Below are positions 37,945 through 48,713 of a DNA stretch of 64,000 bases, in pieces (the stretch's first letter is position 1; every line of letters starts with the position of its first letter). The stretch comes from Candidatus Omnitrophota bacterium (lineage in GTDB: Bacteria > Omnitrophota > Gorgyraeia > Gygaellales > Profunditerraquicolaceae), in NCBI GenBank assembly GCA_028716705.1, contig JAQUPI010000001.1, positions 65,614-129,613 of the forward strand, written 5' to 3'. Both the position numbers and the translations under genes were made by a program. Below the pieces are notes generated by a model. It did no database searches. It worked only from the letters and a program-made list of their open reading frames with translations, and was not told the DNA's origin.

Positions 37945-39210
37945 ATGGCTAAGATAAAAAAAGTTTTGGCGCGCGAGATCCTGGATTCAAGGGGCAATCC
38001 CACGGTGGAAGTGGATATAGTTTTGGATTCGGGCATACTGGGAAGGGCGGCTGTCCCTTCGGGGGCCTCTACCGGAGAAAAGGAGGCCTTGGAATTAAGG
38101 GACGGCGACAAGAAGAGGTATTTAGGTAAGGGGGTTTTGAAGGCGGTAAATAACGTAAATACGCTTGTGGCCTCTAAGATCAAAGGAATGAACGCGGATT
38201 TCAGGAAGATAGATAAACTACTTATCGACCTGGATGGGACGCAATTCAAATCCAAGTTAGGCGCCAACGCCATCCTGGGAGTGTCCATGGCAGCCGCCAA
38301 GGCGGACGCTTTATCCAAAAAACAGGCTTTATATAAATATTTGGGTAAGGGTACCGCCGCTGTCCTGCCGGTCCCCTTGATGAACATTTTAAACGGAGGC
38401 CTGCATGCCGACAATAACCTGGATATACAGGAGTTCATGATTGTTCCGGCGGGCGCCCCCAGCTTTCGCGAGGCGCTCAGGGCCGCGGCGGAAGTATTCC
38501 ATAATCTGAAATCGATCCTGAAATCAAAAAAGCTTTCTACATCCGTCGGAGACGAGGGCGGGTTTGCCCCTAGTTTGAATTCAAACGAAGAAGCCCTGCG
38601 ATTGATACTGGAAGCGATCGAGAAGGCCGGGTATAAACCTGGAGGAGATGTTTTTCTGGCGTTAGACTGCGCGGCAAGTTCATTCTATAAGGACGGGTCT
38701 TACAGCTTCGAAAATTCACAAAAGAGCTCTTCCGACTTGATCGCCATATATGAAAAATGGCTGGATAAATATCCTCTTTTATCCATCGAAGACGGGCTTT
38801 CCGAGCATGACAGCGCGGGATGGATAGAGATGACCTCCCGCCTGGGTAAAAAATTGCAGCTGGTGGGAGACGACATATTCGTTACCAACCCCGCGATCTT
38901 TAAGGAAGGCATTAAGCATGGAATAGCCAATGCCATCCTGGTGAAGGTAAACCAGATAGGTTCCCTTTCTGAGACGCTGGAAGTCCTGGATATGGCCAAA
39001 AAGAATAAATATAAAGCGGTGATCTCCCATCGTTCAGGCGAGACCGAGGATACGACTATCGCGCATCTCGCGGTGGCCTCCGGCTGCGGCCAGATCAAGA
39101 CGGGTTCCGTATCGCGCACGGATAGGATCTGCAAATATAACGAACTTTTGAGGATTGAAGAGGAGCTTGGGGGTAAAGCGGTGTATGCCGGGCGCCTCAT
39201 GAAAAAATGA
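37945..39210 (+). CDS. eno: Enolase
   Basis: [24 protein letters not shown]…, SHRSGETED, and a full-length match to enolase. Confidence 0.95.
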   Translation: MAKIKKVLAREILDSRGNPTVEVDIVLDSGILGRAAVPSGASTGEKEALELRDGDKKRYLGKGVLKAVNNVNTLVASKIKGMNADFRKIDKLLIDLDGTQFKSKLGANAILGVSMAAAKADALSKKQALYKYLGKGTAAVLPVPLMNILNGGLHADNNLDIQEFMIVPAGAPSFREALRAAAEVFHNLKSILKSKKLSTSVGDEGGFAPSLNSNEEALRLILEAIEKAGYKPGGDVFLALDCAASSFYKDGSYSFENSQKSSSDLIAIYEKWLDKYPLLSIEDGLSEHDSAGWIEMTSRLGKKLQLVGDDIFVTNPAIFKEGIKHGIANAILVKVNQIGSLSETLEVLDMAKKNKYKAVISHRSGETEDTTIAHLAVASGCGQIKTGSVSRTDRICKYNELLRIEEELGGKAVYAGRLMKK

Positions 39211-39476
39211 TCCTGAAGAAGTTATTTTCGCTTTTCGGCGCCGCTGTTTTTCTGTTGATAATATTTTTGCCGGGATACACAAAACTGCAGGAATTGCGGG
39301 ATAAGAACCATGACCTGGAGAAGAAGATCAAGTATTTAAACGTGGAAAACGCCCTCCTGCAGCAGGAATTAAAACGTATAGAAAACGACCCCGTGTATCA
39401 GGAAAAGATCGCCAGGGAGAAGATGGGTGTCGTGCGTAAAGGCGAAGTGCCCATAAAGGTCATCCCTGAAAAATAA
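39207..39476 (+). CDS. ftsB: Septum formation initiator (FtsB/DivIC-like)
   Basis: 89 aa, N-terminal TM then a coiled coil (…[36 protein letters not shown]…). ATGA overlap with the eno stop. Confidence 0.6.
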   Translation: MILKKLFSLFGAAVFLLIIFLPGYTKLQELRDKNHDLEKKIKYLNVENALLQQELKRIENDPVYQEKIAREKMGVVRKGEVPIKVIPEK

Positions 39477-39482
39477 TAATTA

Positions 39483-39511
39483 TTGCAACCCGGCGTTATT
39501 TGCGTTATATT
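39483..39511 (+). promoter_or_regulatory. Sigma70-like promoter for tRNA-Met
   Basis: TTGCAA - 17 nt - TATATT, 5 nt upstream of the tRNA 5' end. Confidence 0.45.
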
Positions 39512-39516
39512 GGATT

Positions 39517-39593
<77 letters not shown>

Positions 39594-39601
39594 TTTAAAA
39601 G

Positions 39602-39632
39602 CCCTGTAAGTTTTTGAATTACAGGGTTTTTT
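39602..39632 (+). terminator. Intrinsic terminator after tRNA-Met
   Basis: ccctgtaa-gtttttgaa-ttacaggg followed by tttttt. Confidence 0.7.
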
Positions 39633-39660
39633 ATTGTGGTATAATTAAAAGCGGCCTAAA

Positions 39661-40044
39661 ATGAAAAAAATTATTCTGACCTTTTCCTTAATAATCTGCT
39701 TTGTCCTGCCTCTTCTTGCCCTTGATGAAGCCGAAAAAGAGAAGGCCAAAAAGGAATTCCAGGATCTAAAAGCCGCCTTCGAGGAAGAGATCTCTTACCC
39801 GCCTTACTCGGAATACACTTTTACGGACAGGTATTGGGATTCAGATAGCGGCCGCGAGATAATCGCTATGGGTAAAAAAGCCCTGCCTTTTATCATTCAG
39901 GAGATCAGTTATGGAAAATCCTGGTATTGCGCCGCGGCGCAAAGGATTACCGGTGTAAAAATGCGCGGGCCCAGGCCCGAAGACCTGGCGGAACAATGGC
40001 TGCGATGGTGGGAAGAAAATAAGGAGGGAATTTCCTATGAGTAA
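39661..40044 (+). CDS. Secreted protein of unknown function
   Basis: Signal peptide MKKIILTFSLIICFVLPLLA, 127 aa. Confidence 0.45.
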   Translation: MKKIILTFSLIICFVLPLLALDEAEKEKAKKEFQDLKAAFEEEISYPPYSEYTFTDRYWDSDSGREIIAMGKKALPFIIQEISYGKSWYCAAAQRITGVKMRGPRPEDLAEQWLRWWEENKEGISYE

Positions 40045-40567
40045 AAAAACGGTATTATTGAGTTTGATTTTATTCGTTTTTCCCGTTTATTCCGCTTTTA
40101 GTCAAGAAGGCGCTCCCGAATATCCGCCGGTAGAAAGCCAGACGTCTACTGATGCGCAAGGGGGCAGGTACGTGCTGGTTACGGTAAATAAGTCCGGCTC
40201 ATACGCCGCGTCGACATATTCCAGCGGCACGAGCGGAGCCAGGATACTGCAAAAAAAGACGCCGGCGGCGGTGCTGGACAGTTACATGGGCGTAGTTTAC
40301 AGATGCACGGACATAAAAGCTGAGAGGCCTTTATGGATCAAATCGGACTTAGGCAAGAATTCCGGGAAGACCATTTCCAAGAAGAAATATTCCATAACCG
40401 TGCCCGCGTATTCGGGGGAGGATTATAAGATCCCGGCGATCGTTCTGGATATCGATGAAGGCAAAGCCTGGGTCTGTTCGGACCTGGTTTCCGAGAGTTC
40501 CATCTGGATCCAGACCGACCTGCCGAAAGAGATAACTAAAGAAGGCTATCAATACCGCTATCAGTAG
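40037..40567 (+). CDS. Secreted protein of unknown function
   Basis: Signal peptide MSKKTVLLSLILFVFPVYSAFS, 176 aa. Overlaps the upstream stop. Confidence 0.45.
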   Translation: MSKKTVLLSLILFVFPVYSAFSQEGAPEYPPVESQTSTDAQGGRYVLVTVNKSGSYAASTYSSGTSGARILQKKTPAAVLDSYMGVVYRCTDIKAERPLWIKSDLGKNSGKTISKKKYSITVPAYSGEDYKIPAIVLDIDEGKAWVCSDLVSESSIWIQTDLPKEITKEGYQYRYQ

Positions 40568-40576
40568 GGTTTTTTA

Positions 40577-40604
40577 TTGCCAACAGCCCTATTTCTGGTA
40601 TAAT
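40577..40604 (+). promoter_or_regulatory. Sigma70-like promoter of purine operon
   Basis: TTGCCA - 16 nt - TATAAT, 27 nt upstream of the purB ATG. Confidence 0.4.
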
Positions 40605-40630
40605 AATATTTTCTAAAAGGGAGAAAAATA

Positions 40631-41923
40631 ATGATCGAGCGTTATTGCCTGCCTAAGATGTCGAAGATATGGCGGGATGAGTTTAAATTCAAGGCGATGC
40701 TTGATATAGAGATACTCGCTTTGGAAGCCCTTACCCGCAATAAATGCATTCCCCCAGCCGCGGTCAAAAGGATCAAGAGCAAAGCCAAATTCAATATAAA
40801 GGAAATAAAGAAGCTTGAAGAAAAGACCCAACACGATGTAGTGGCATTTGTCTGCAATGTAGCCCAATATATCGGGCCTGACGCCAAATACCTGCATATG
40901 GGGTTAACTTCTTCGGATATACTGGATACAACCCTTGGAGTTCAGCTTAACGCCGCTTCTGACATACTCATTGATGATGTAAACAGGCTGCTAAAAGTGT
41001 TGGCCATGAAGGCGAAAAATTACAAAGATATGGTCTGTGTCGGCCGCACGCATGGCGTCCATGCTGAGCCTATGACTTTCGGTTTGAAATTCGCTCTTTG
41101 GTTTGACGAAATGAAGCGTAACTTAGAGCGCCTGAAACTGGCAAAAGAGGAAGCGGCGGTGGGCAAGATTTCCGGCGCTGTAGGTACATTCGCGAATATC
41201 GACCCGGAGGTTGAGGCATATGTTTGCAAGAAATTAGGCCTTAAGGCGGCTAAAATTTCTACGCAGGTGATCCAAAGAGACATCTACGCCGTCTTTATGG
41301 CCAGATTAGCGATAATTGGTTCCAGCCTCGAGAAGTTCGCCACGGAGATCAGGCATTTACAGAGGACGGAAGTTTTGGAAGCGGAGGAACCCTTCGGGAA
41401 GGGCCAAAAGGGTTCTTCAGCTATGCCGCATAAACGTAATCCGGTAATCTGCGAACGTATCTGCGGTCTCAGCCGTATTCTCAGAGGAAACTCCTTAGTC
41501 GCTATGGAGAATGTCGCGCTATGGCATGAGCGGGATATCAGCCATTCTTCGAGCGAGCGGGTGATCATGCCGGATTCTACCATCCTTCTTGATTATATGC
41601 TGAACAAATTCATCGAAGTCATTGAGGGGTTGACAGTCCATCCTGAGAACATGCTGGCAAATCTGGTAAAGACGAAAGGGCTGATCTTCTCCCAGAGACT
41701 TCTTTTAGAGTTAATGAACAAAGGCCTTAGCCGGCCTGAAGCTTATGACCTGGTGCAAAAGGTGGCTATGCAAGCTTGGAAGCGAAGCGCGGATTTCAAG
41801 GAGCTGCTCTTAAAAGAGAGCGAAATTTTGCGTTATCTTGACGCGAAGGAATTGGACGAGATATTTGACCTGGATTATTACCTTCGCAACATAAAAAAGG
41901 TTTTCGATAGAGTCGGTTTGTAA
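40631..41923 (+). CDS. purB: Adenylosuccinate lyase
   Basis: MIERYCLPKMSKIWRDEFKFKAMLDIEILALEA… and the fumarate lyase signature GSSAMPHKRNP. Confidence 0.9.
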   Translation: MIERYCLPKMSKIWRDEFKFKAMLDIEILALEALTRNKCIPPAAVKRIKSKAKFNIKEIKKLEEKTQHDVVAFVCNVAQYIGPDAKYLHMGLTSSDILDTTLGVQLNAASDILIDDVNRLLKVLAMKAKNYKDMVCVGRTHGVHAEPMTFGLKFALWFDEMKRNLERLKLAKEEAAVGKISGAVGTFANIDPEVEAYVCKKLGLKAAKISTQVIQRDIYAVFMARLAIIGSSLEKFATEIRHLQRTEVLEAEEPFGKGQKGSSAMPHKRNPVICERICGLSRILRGNSLVAMENVALWHERDISHSSSERVIMPDSTILLDYMLNKFIEVIEGLTVHPENMLANLVKTKGLIFSQRLLLELMNKGLSRPEAYDLVQKVAMQAWKRSADFKELLLKESEILRYLDAKELDEIFDLDYYLRNIKKVFDRVGL

Positions 41924-41954
41924 CCCCTTCCTCAAAAAACCCCAAAAATTTACC

Positions 41955-44873
41955 ATGCAGTATAAAATCGAGATCAAGGATAAAACGGGAATCTTTGACG
42001 CCGTCGGAGAAGGGATCAAAAAGGATATCTTTGACCTGGGAATCGAGTCGGTCAAGAGCGTCGGCTTTGTCCAGGTTTATACGCTTGAGGGAGGCATTAC
42101 GCCGCGCGAGGCCGTACGCATTTGCGAGGAACTTTTAGCCGATAGCGTATCCCAGGATTACTCTATAGGCGTCCCCGGATTCCCCCAGACAGCCGAGGCG
42201 GGGGCATTCGTGATCGAAGTAGCCTATAACGCGGGCGTTATGGATCCCGTCGAGGAATCGGCGTTAAAAGGGATACGGGACCTGGGAATAAAATCGGTCA
42301 ATTCGGTCAAGACCGCGAAAAAATATTCCATAAAAGGCAGGCTTGACGCCGCGCAGTTAAAAATGATCTCGGAGAAGCTGCTTTATAATAAATTGATACA
42401 GCATATTGTCAAGCCGCCCAGCCATCCGGCTGCCCGGCCATTGGCCAAAAAGGACTCCGGATACGGGTTTGAGCTGACCAGGGTGGACCTTTTAGGCGCT
42501 AGCGACGGAAAACTGAAAACCATCAGCGGCAAAGGGCAGTTGTTCTTGAACCTGGCCGAGATGCGTAAAATAAAAGATTATTTCAGGAAGATCAAACGCA
42601 ATCCCACGGACTGCGAGCTGGAAACTATCGCCCAGACCTGGTCGGAACACTGCGGCCATAAAACCTTCCGCGGTAAAATTGATTACAAAGAAGTAACCGA
42701 AACGCAGGGCCGCGGGGTAACCAGGAAGATAGACAATCTTCTTAAGTCGACGATAATGAAAGTCACCAAAGAGCTGAATAAGCCCTGGTGCGTATCGGTC
42801 TTCAAGGATAATTCCGGGGTGATCAGGTTCGACGACAAATATAATATTTGTTTTAAGGTGGAAACGCATAACCATCCTTCGGCCCTTGAGCCTTTTGGAG
42901 GCGCGAATACGGGTATCGGGGGCGTTATCCGCGATCCTTTGGGAACCGGCCTGGGCGCCGCGCCTTTCCTTAATACCGATGTTTTCTGTTTCGCGCCTCC
43001 GGATTACCCTTTCGAAAAATTACCTCCCGGAGCGCTGCATCCGAAAAGGGTGATGAAGGGCGTAGTCTCCGGGGTACGCGATTACGGAAATAAGATGGGG
43101 ATCCCCACGGTAAACGGGGCTGTTCTGTTCCATGAGCGTTTTGTAGGCAACCCCCTGGTTTATTGCGGCACCGCCGGCATACTGCCTAAAGAGAAATCTT
43201 TTAAGCGGGCGGAAAAAGGGAACCTTGTAGTCGTAGTAGGCGGCAGGACGGGCAGGGACGGCATACACGGCGCGACTTTTTCCTCGGGGGAACTTACTCA
43301 TGAGTCCGAGAAGATCTCCAGCGGAGCGGTACAGATCGGCAATCCCATCCAGGAAAAAAAGATGGTGGATACTATCCTCCAGGCGCGGGATCTAAACCTG
43401 TATAACGCCATTACGGATTGCGGGGCGGGAGGCCTTTCCAGCGCCGTGGGAGAGATGGGCAGCGACCTGGGGGTGGAAGTATTCCTGGAGAAAGTCCCCT
43501 TGAAATATGAAGGCTTGTCATATACGGAGATCTGGATCTCGGAATCGCAGGAGCGGATGGTACTTTCCGTCCCGGAAAAAAATATAAAGGAGCTATCAGG
43601 CGTATTCTCCAGGGAGAACGTCGAAGCGGTGGTTATCGGCAGGTTTACAGGCACAAAGAGGCTGAAGCTCTTTTATAAGGATGCCCTGGTTTGCGACCTG
43701 GATATGCGCTTTCTGCACGAGGGTTTGCCGCAGATCGAAAAGAAAGCCGTATACATAAAGCCGCGCCATGAAGAACCGCGATTTTCCTGCCCTAAAGATT
43801 TGACGGGTGTATTAAAGAACCTTCTTTCGCGCTACGACATATGCTCAAAAGAGTGGATAATCCGGCAGTATGACCACGAGGTGCAAGGAGGCTCTGTCCT
43901 TAAACCGCTGGCGGGCATCGTTAATGACGGCCCCTCGGACGCGGCGATAGCCAAGCCGGTCCTTGGTTCTAAAAAGGGCGTAGTTGTTTCCTGCGGCATA
44001 AATTTCAGGTATGGCTTTATCGATCCCTACTGGATGGCGGCTTCCTGCATTGACGAGGCGCTGCGGCAGATAATCTCCGTGGGCGGCTCGTTGAGCAAGA
44101 CAGCGTTGTTGGATAATTTCTGCTGGGGTAATCCGGATAAGCCCGACCGCCTGGGCTCTTTGGCCAGGGCGGCTTACGGGTGTTATGATATTGCCAAGGG
44201 ATTTGGGGTGCCTTTTATTTCAGGAAAAGACAGCCTGTACAATGAATATACGGTCAGGAATGAATCCATAGCAATCCCGGGGACCCTGCTGATCTCGGCG
44301 ATCTCTGTAATGGAAGACGCGGGAAAGGCGGTTTCAATGTATGCCAAAAACCCGGGCGACCTGATTTATGCCGTAGGCGAAACTTTTGACGAATTAGGCG
44401 GATCCCATTATTATGGCCTCTCGGGCTTTACCGGGAGCAGTGTCCCGCGGGTGAACACGCGAAAAGCGTTAAAGGCCTTCAATGCCTTGGCCCGCGCTTC
44501 TTCGAAAGGGTTGATACGCGCGGCCCATGACTGCTCAGAAGGAGGGATAGGCGTTGCCGCCGCGGAGATGGCGTTCGCGGGCGGATTGGGGATGGAGATA
44601 TTCCTCGGTGAAGTGCCCTTTACCCCGAAAACCCAAAATCTGGCCAGGAACGATTTTATTTTATTTTCCGAGTCTAACTCCCGGTTCATCGTGGAAGTGG
44701 AAAAGAAAAACCGCGGGGCCTTTGAGAAGATCCTCAAGGGGGTCCCATTCGGTTTGATCGGGTGTTTATCTGATAAAAAAAACCTCAAAGTCATCGGTTT
44801 GGACGACATCCCCTGCCTGAGCGCGCGGATTGACGAGCTGAAAGAAAGCTGGCAGAAACCTTTAAGGTGGTGA
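41955..44873 (+). CDS. purL: FGAM synthase II fused to two N-terminal PurS-like domains (PurS-PurS-PurL)
   Basis: 972 aa. Two ~80 aa PurS-like repeats (MQYKIEIKDKTGIFDAVGEGIKKDIF…; …AFVIEVAYNAGVMDPVEESALKGIRDLG…), then PurL motifs (…HNHPSALEPFGGANTGIGGVIRD…). Confidence 0.85.
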   Translation: MQYKIEIKDKTGIFDAVGEGIKKDIFDLGIESVKSVGFVQVYTLEGGITPREAVRICEELLADSVSQDYSIGVPGFPQTAEAGAFVIEVAYNAGVMDPVEESALKGIRDLGIKSVNSVKTAKKYSIKGRLDAAQLKMISEKLLYNKLIQHIVKPPSHPAARPLAKKDSGYGFELTRVDLLGASDGKLKTISGKGQLFLNLAEMRKIKDYFRKIKRNPTDCELETIAQTWSEHCGHKTFRGKIDYKEVTETQGRGVTRKIDNLLKSTIMKVTKELNKPWCVSVFKDNSGVIRFDDKYNICFKVETHNHPSALEPFGGANTGIGGVIRDPLGTGLGAAPFLNTDVFCFAPPDYPFEKLPPGALHPKRVMKGVVSGVRDYGNKMGIPTVNGAVLFHERFVGNPLVYCGTAGILPKEKSFKRAEKGNLVVVVGGRTGRDGIHGATFSSGELTHESEKISSGAVQIGNPIQEKKMVDTILQARDLNLYNAITDCGAGGLSSAVGEMGSDLGVEVFLEKVPLKYEGLSYTEIWISESQERMVLSVPEKNIKELSGVFSRENVEAVVIGRFTGTKRLKLFYKDALVCDLDMRFLHEGLPQIEKKAVYIKPRHEEPRFSCPKDLTGVLKNLLSRYDICSKEWIIRQYDHEVQGGSVLKPLAGIVNDGPSDAAIAKPVLGSKKGVVVSCGINFRYGFIDPYWMAASCIDEALRQIISVGGSLSKTALLDNFCWGNPDKPDRLGSLARAAYGCYDIAKGFGVPFISGKDSLYNEYTVRNESIAIPGTLLISAISVMEDAGKAVSMYAKNPGDLIYAVGETFDELGGSHYYGLSGFTGSSVPRVNTRKALKAFNALARASSKGLIRAAHDCSEGGIGVAAAEMAFAGGLGMEIFLGEVPFTPKTQNLARNDFILFSESNSRFIVEVEKKNRGAFEKILKGVPFGLIGCLSDKKNLKVIGLDDIPCLSARIDELKESWQKPLRW

Positions 44874-45529
44874 AAATGGCCAAAATAAACATCAAAGACG
44901 ATTTTACGAAAGACGATACATGGAGGGTTTTCCGCATTATGTCGGAATTCGTGGAAGGCTTCGAGATACTCTCCGAGATCGGCAGGGCTGTCTCTATTTT
45001 CGGCTCAAGCCGTTCGTCCAGCGCCTATAAATATTACAGGCTGGCGGAAGATACGGCTTACCGCTTGGCAAAAGCCGGTTACGCGGTGATCACAGGCAGC
45101 GGGCCGGGCATAATGGAGGCGGCTAACAAAGGCACGAAAAGGGCCGGCGGAAAATCCATCGGTTTGAATATCCAGCTTCCTTCGGAGCAAAGGTCCAATA
45201 AATACGTGGATACGCTGCTTGATTTTCATTATTTTTTCGTGCGGAAGGTAATGTTCGTGAAATACGCGAAGGCCTTCGTGATCATGCCGGGAGGTTACGG
45301 TACTTTGGATGAGTTTACCGAAGCCATAAACCTTATTCAGACGCACAGGATCTCGAAATTCCCTGTCGTGCTTTTCGGCAGCGATTACTGGAAAGGTATG
45401 CTTGATTGGCTTAAAGAAAAAGTATTGAAAGACGGCAATATCAGCAGACAGGACTTGAACATTTTCACCGTTGTAGATGAGCCGAAAGAAGTAGTAAGGG
45501 TGATAAATAAATTCTATGGCAAAACCTAA
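44867..45529 (+). CDS. LOG-family protein (cytokinin riboside 5'-monophosphate phosphoribohydrolase-like / TIGR00730)
   Basis: …VSIFGSSR…YAVITGSGPGIMEAANKG…PGGYGTLDEF… are LOG family motifs. Confidence 0.75.
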   Translation: MVKMAKINIKDDFTKDDTWRVFRIMSEFVEGFEILSEIGRAVSIFGSSRSSSAYKYYRLAEDTAYRLAKAGYAVITGSGPGIMEAANKGTKRAGGKSIGLNIQLPSEQRSNKYVDTLLDFHYFFVRKVMFVKYAKAFVIMPGGYGTLDEFTEAINLIQTHRISKFPVVLFGSDYWKGMLDWLKEKVLKDGNISRQDLNIFTVVDEPKEVVRVINKFYGKT

Positions 45530-46298
45530 AGTCTGCGTATTGAGGACGGCGGGGACCAACTGCGATAAAGAGACGGCATTCGCCTTTTCTGAAGCGGGCG
45601 CCTCCGCGGAATTAGCGCACATCAACAGTTTATTTGAGCCGCAAAAGAAACTGAGTGAGTACGATATCCTGGCGATCCCCGGAGGTTTCTCGTACGGGGA
45701 TGACGTTGCCGCGGGAAAGATCCTGGCAAACGAGCTAAGATACAAGTTAATAGGCGACATAAAAAAATTCATTCAGGATGGGAAATTGATCATCGGCATT
45801 TGCAACGGTTTCCAGGTATTGGTAAGGAGCGGCCTGTTGCCCGGCAGCCCTTCGTTGTCACAGGAAGCCAGCCTGATCATAAATGATTCGGGGAAGTTCG
45901 AGGACCGGTGGGTTCATCTTAAAAATCCCAAATCCCAAAAGAAATGTATTTGGACAAAAGGATTGCCGGGATTGATTTCGTTACCTATAGCGCATGGGGA
46001 AGGAAAATTCGTGGTAAAAGACAAGTTTGTCTTAGAGCGGATTGAGGAACAGGGGCAGATCGTTTTCCAATACTGCGACGAGGAAGGGAAAGCCGGGGAT
46101 TATCCCGTCAATCCAAACGGGTCAACCGGGGACATCGCCGGTATCTGCGACGAGACGGGCAGGATCTTTGGCCTTATGCCGCACCCCGAAAGGCATATAT
46201 CCGTTTTACAGCATCCCCGCTGGCCAAGATCAAAAAAACACGGGGATGGTTCAATGATATTCGCAAACGCCGTGAATTATTGCAGGAGGAATCTATGA
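45516..46298 (+). CDS. purQ: FGAM synthase I (glutamine amidotransferase subunit)
   Basis: MAKPKVCVLRTAGTNCDKE…, catalytic Cys in GICNGFQ, HPER motif. Confidence 0.85.
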   Translation: MAKPKVCVLRTAGTNCDKETAFAFSEAGASAELAHINSLFEPQKKLSEYDILAIPGGFSYGDDVAAGKILANELRYKLIGDIKKFIQDGKLIIGICNGFQVLVRSGLLPGSPSLSQEASLIINDSGKFEDRWVHLKNPKSQKKCIWTKGLPGLISLPIAHGEGKFVVKDKFVLERIEEQGQIVFQYCDEEGKAGDYPVNPNGSTGDIAGICDETGRIFGLMPHPERHISVLQHPRWPRSKKHGDGSMIFANAVNYCRRNL

Positions 46299-47728
46299 CC
46301 AACAACGATGAGCCTAAGGAATATTGCGGCTTATTCGGTATAACCAACCATAAGCAGGCCGCCTGGCTTACTTATTTGGGCCTTTACGCGTTACAGCACC
46401 GGGGACAGGAAGCTTGCGGCATAGTGGCGAATAATAACGGCGTATTATCTTTACATAAGAACATGGGTTTGGTTAACGATGTTTTTAACCCGCATATCCT
46501 CGGTGAATTAAAAGGCTCGATGGCTATCGGGCACACCCGCTATTCGACCACCGGGTCAAGCATATTGAAAAATACCCAGCCGCTTTTGATTGATTTCGCC
46601 AAGGGTTCGATCTGCATCGCGCATAACGGTAACCTGGTGAATTCCCTAAGCCTTAGGCAGGGCCTGGAGAGAACGGGCTCCATATTCCAAACGACTACCG
46701 ATTCGGAGATCATCATCCATCTTATGGCCAGGGCAAAAACCCAGGACCTGCTCGAAAGTTTGGTATACGCGTTGAAAAAAATAAAAGGCGCTTATTCGCT
46801 GATCTTAATGAGCAATGACCACCTTATAGGCGTACGGGATCCGTTAGGCTTCCGGCCATTGGCGATCGGTAAAGTAGGCAATTCCTTGTGCCTGGCTTCC
46901 GAAACATGCGCCTTGGATCTGATCAACGCGAAGTTCCTGCGCGAAGTGGCTCCGGGGGAGATCGTCATTATCGGCCCGGACGGGTTAAAATCGATAAAGC
47001 CTGACGGGCTGCAGTCAATCGACAGGTTCGCCTTCTGCGCTTTTGAGCACGTTTATTTTTCCAGGCCCGACTCCATCGTCTTCGGGGATACCGTGCACAC
47101 CGTAAGGCGCAGGCTAGGGGAACAGCTGGCAAAGGAACACCCTGTAAAGGCGGATTTCGTCGTGCCTGTCCCGGATTCCGGATTTTCCGCCGCGCTGGGC
47201 TATTCTAAACTTTCCGGGACCCCTTTGGAGATGGGCATTATCCGCAACCACTATGTCGGAAGGACCTTCATTGACCCGGCTCAGGATTCCCGCGACCTGG
47301 GGGTTAGGGTAAAATTCAACCTGCTTAAAGATATTTTAAAGGGGAAACGCATTGTAGTAGTCGATGATTCGATCGTCCGCGGAACGACTTCGCAGATACG
47401 CGTGCGGAATTTGCGCAAGGCGGGCGTAAAAGAAGTGCACCTGCGCATTTCCTGCCCGCCCCATCGTTTCCCTTGTTTTTATGGGATAGATTTTCACCGT
47501 TCATCGGAGCTGATCGCGAACAGGTATGAATCCCTGGATAAGATAAGGCAGTATCTGGGAGTGGACAGTCTGGGATATTTGAGCCTTGAGGGTATGCAGG
47601 TCTGCTTCAAGTACCCTGAAAATTATTACTGCACTGCCTGCTGGACGGGGAATTATCCCATCGAGGCGGAAAGAAAGCACGGGAAATTTTCGCTTGAGGC
47701 GCGCTGCTGCGGACAAGGGGGCGTATGA
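46295..47728 (+). CDS. purF: Amidophosphoribosyltransferase (with short propeptide before the catalytic Cys)
   Basis: RBS AGGAGG before ATG 46295. …KEYCGLFGI…, PRTase motif VVVDDSIVRGTT, and C-terminal Cys ligands for a 4Fe-4S cluster. Confidence 0.9.
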   Translation: MTNNDEPKEYCGLFGITNHKQAAWLTYLGLYALQHRGQEACGIVANNNGVLSLHKNMGLVNDVFNPHILGELKGSMAIGHTRYSTTGSSILKNTQPLLIDFAKGSICIAHNGNLVNSLSLRQGLERTGSIFQTTTDSEIIIHLMARAKTQDLLESLVYALKKIKGAYSLILMSNDHLIGVRDPLGFRPLAIGKVGNSLCLASETCALDLINAKFLREVAPGEIVIIGPDGLKSIKPDGLQSIDRFAFCAFEHVYFSRPDSIVFGDTVHTVRRRLGEQLAKEHPVKADFVVPVPDSGFSAALGYSKLSGTPLEMGIIRNHYVGRTFIDPAQDSRDLGVRVKFNLLKDILKGKRIVVVDDSIVRGTTSQIRVRNLRKAGVKEVHLRISCPPHRFPCFYGIDFHRSSELIANRYESLDKIRQYLGVDSLGYLSLEGMQVCFKYPENYYCTACWTGNYPIEAERKHGKFSLEARCCGQGGV

Positions 47729-48702
47729 TGGGAATAACTTATAAGAAAACCGGCGTTAATATCGCGGAGGCGGATAAATTCGTCAACGCTATAAAACCTT
47801 TTACCCGGGGGATCGGCGGATTCGGGGGGCTGTATCCATTAGCCGCTCATAAATACAAAGAGCCGTATCTGGTTTCTTCGACCGACGGCGTGGGGACAAA
47901 ATTGAAGATCGCCTTTTTATCCGGAAAGCATGACACAGTGGGTATTGACCTGGTGGGGATGAATGTCAACGATATCCTTTGTTCCGGCGCCCGGCCTTTA
48001 TTTTTCCTGGATTATATCGCCACCGGCAAGGTCCGCAAAAAAGTATTAGTGGACGTGGTCAAGGGGATAGCTGACGGATGCCGCCAGGCGGGCTGCAGCC
48101 TGGTGGGAGGGGAGACCGCGGAGATGCCCGGTTTTTATAAATCCGACGAATATGATTTAGCGGGCTTCTGCGTGGGAATAGTCGACAAAAAAAAGATGAT
48201 CGACGGCTCAGGGATAAAGCCCGGGGACAAGATCCTCGGCTTGGAATCGAACGGCCTGCATTCCAACGGCTTCTCCCTGGTAAGAAACGTTTTCTCGCGA
48301 ACTGAGCTCAAGAAGCGTTCCGGCGAGCTGCTCAGGCCTACCCGCATTTACGTCAAGCCTGTGCTTAGTTTGCTGGACACCGAGGCGCAGGGTACGATCA
48401 AAGGGATCGCGCACATTACCGGGGGGGCTTTTTACGATAAAATATCACGTATCCTGAGAAATGTAGACGCCAGGATTTATCGCGACTCCTGGATCATCCC
48501 CCCGATATTTAGGTTGATCCAAAAGAAAGGGAATGTCGCGGATAAAGAAATGTTCCATACTTTCAATATGGGGGTAGGGATGGTTTTAATAGTCAAAGAA
48601 AACCGCGCGCGATCCATTATCTCAAAACTCGCGGGGTTTAAGGTCCGGTCATGGGTTATGGGAGAGGCTGTAAAAGGAAGAGGGAAAGTTGAGATATTAT
48701 GA
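47725..48702 (+). CDS. purM: Phosphoribosylformylglycinamidine cyclo-ligase (AIR synthetase)
   Basis: …GGFGGLY…DGVGTKL…, a full-length PurM-like protein. Confidence 0.9.
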   Translation: MMGITYKKTGVNIAEADKFVNAIKPFTRGIGGFGGLYPLAAHKYKEPYLVSSTDGVGTKLKIAFLSGKHDTVGIDLVGMNVNDILCSGARPLFFLDYIATGKVRKKVLVDVVKGIADGCRQAGCSLVGGETAEMPGFYKSDEYDLAGFCVGIVDKKKMIDGSGIKPGDKILGLESNGLHSNGFSLVRNVFSRTELKKRSGELLRPTRIYVKPVLSLLDTEAQGTIKGIAHITGGAFYDKISRILRNVDARIYRDSWIIPPIFRLIQKKGNVADKEMFHTFNMGVGMVLIVKENRARSIISKLAGFKVRSWVMGEAVKGRGKVEIL

Positions 48703-48713
48703 TAGGTTGAAGA

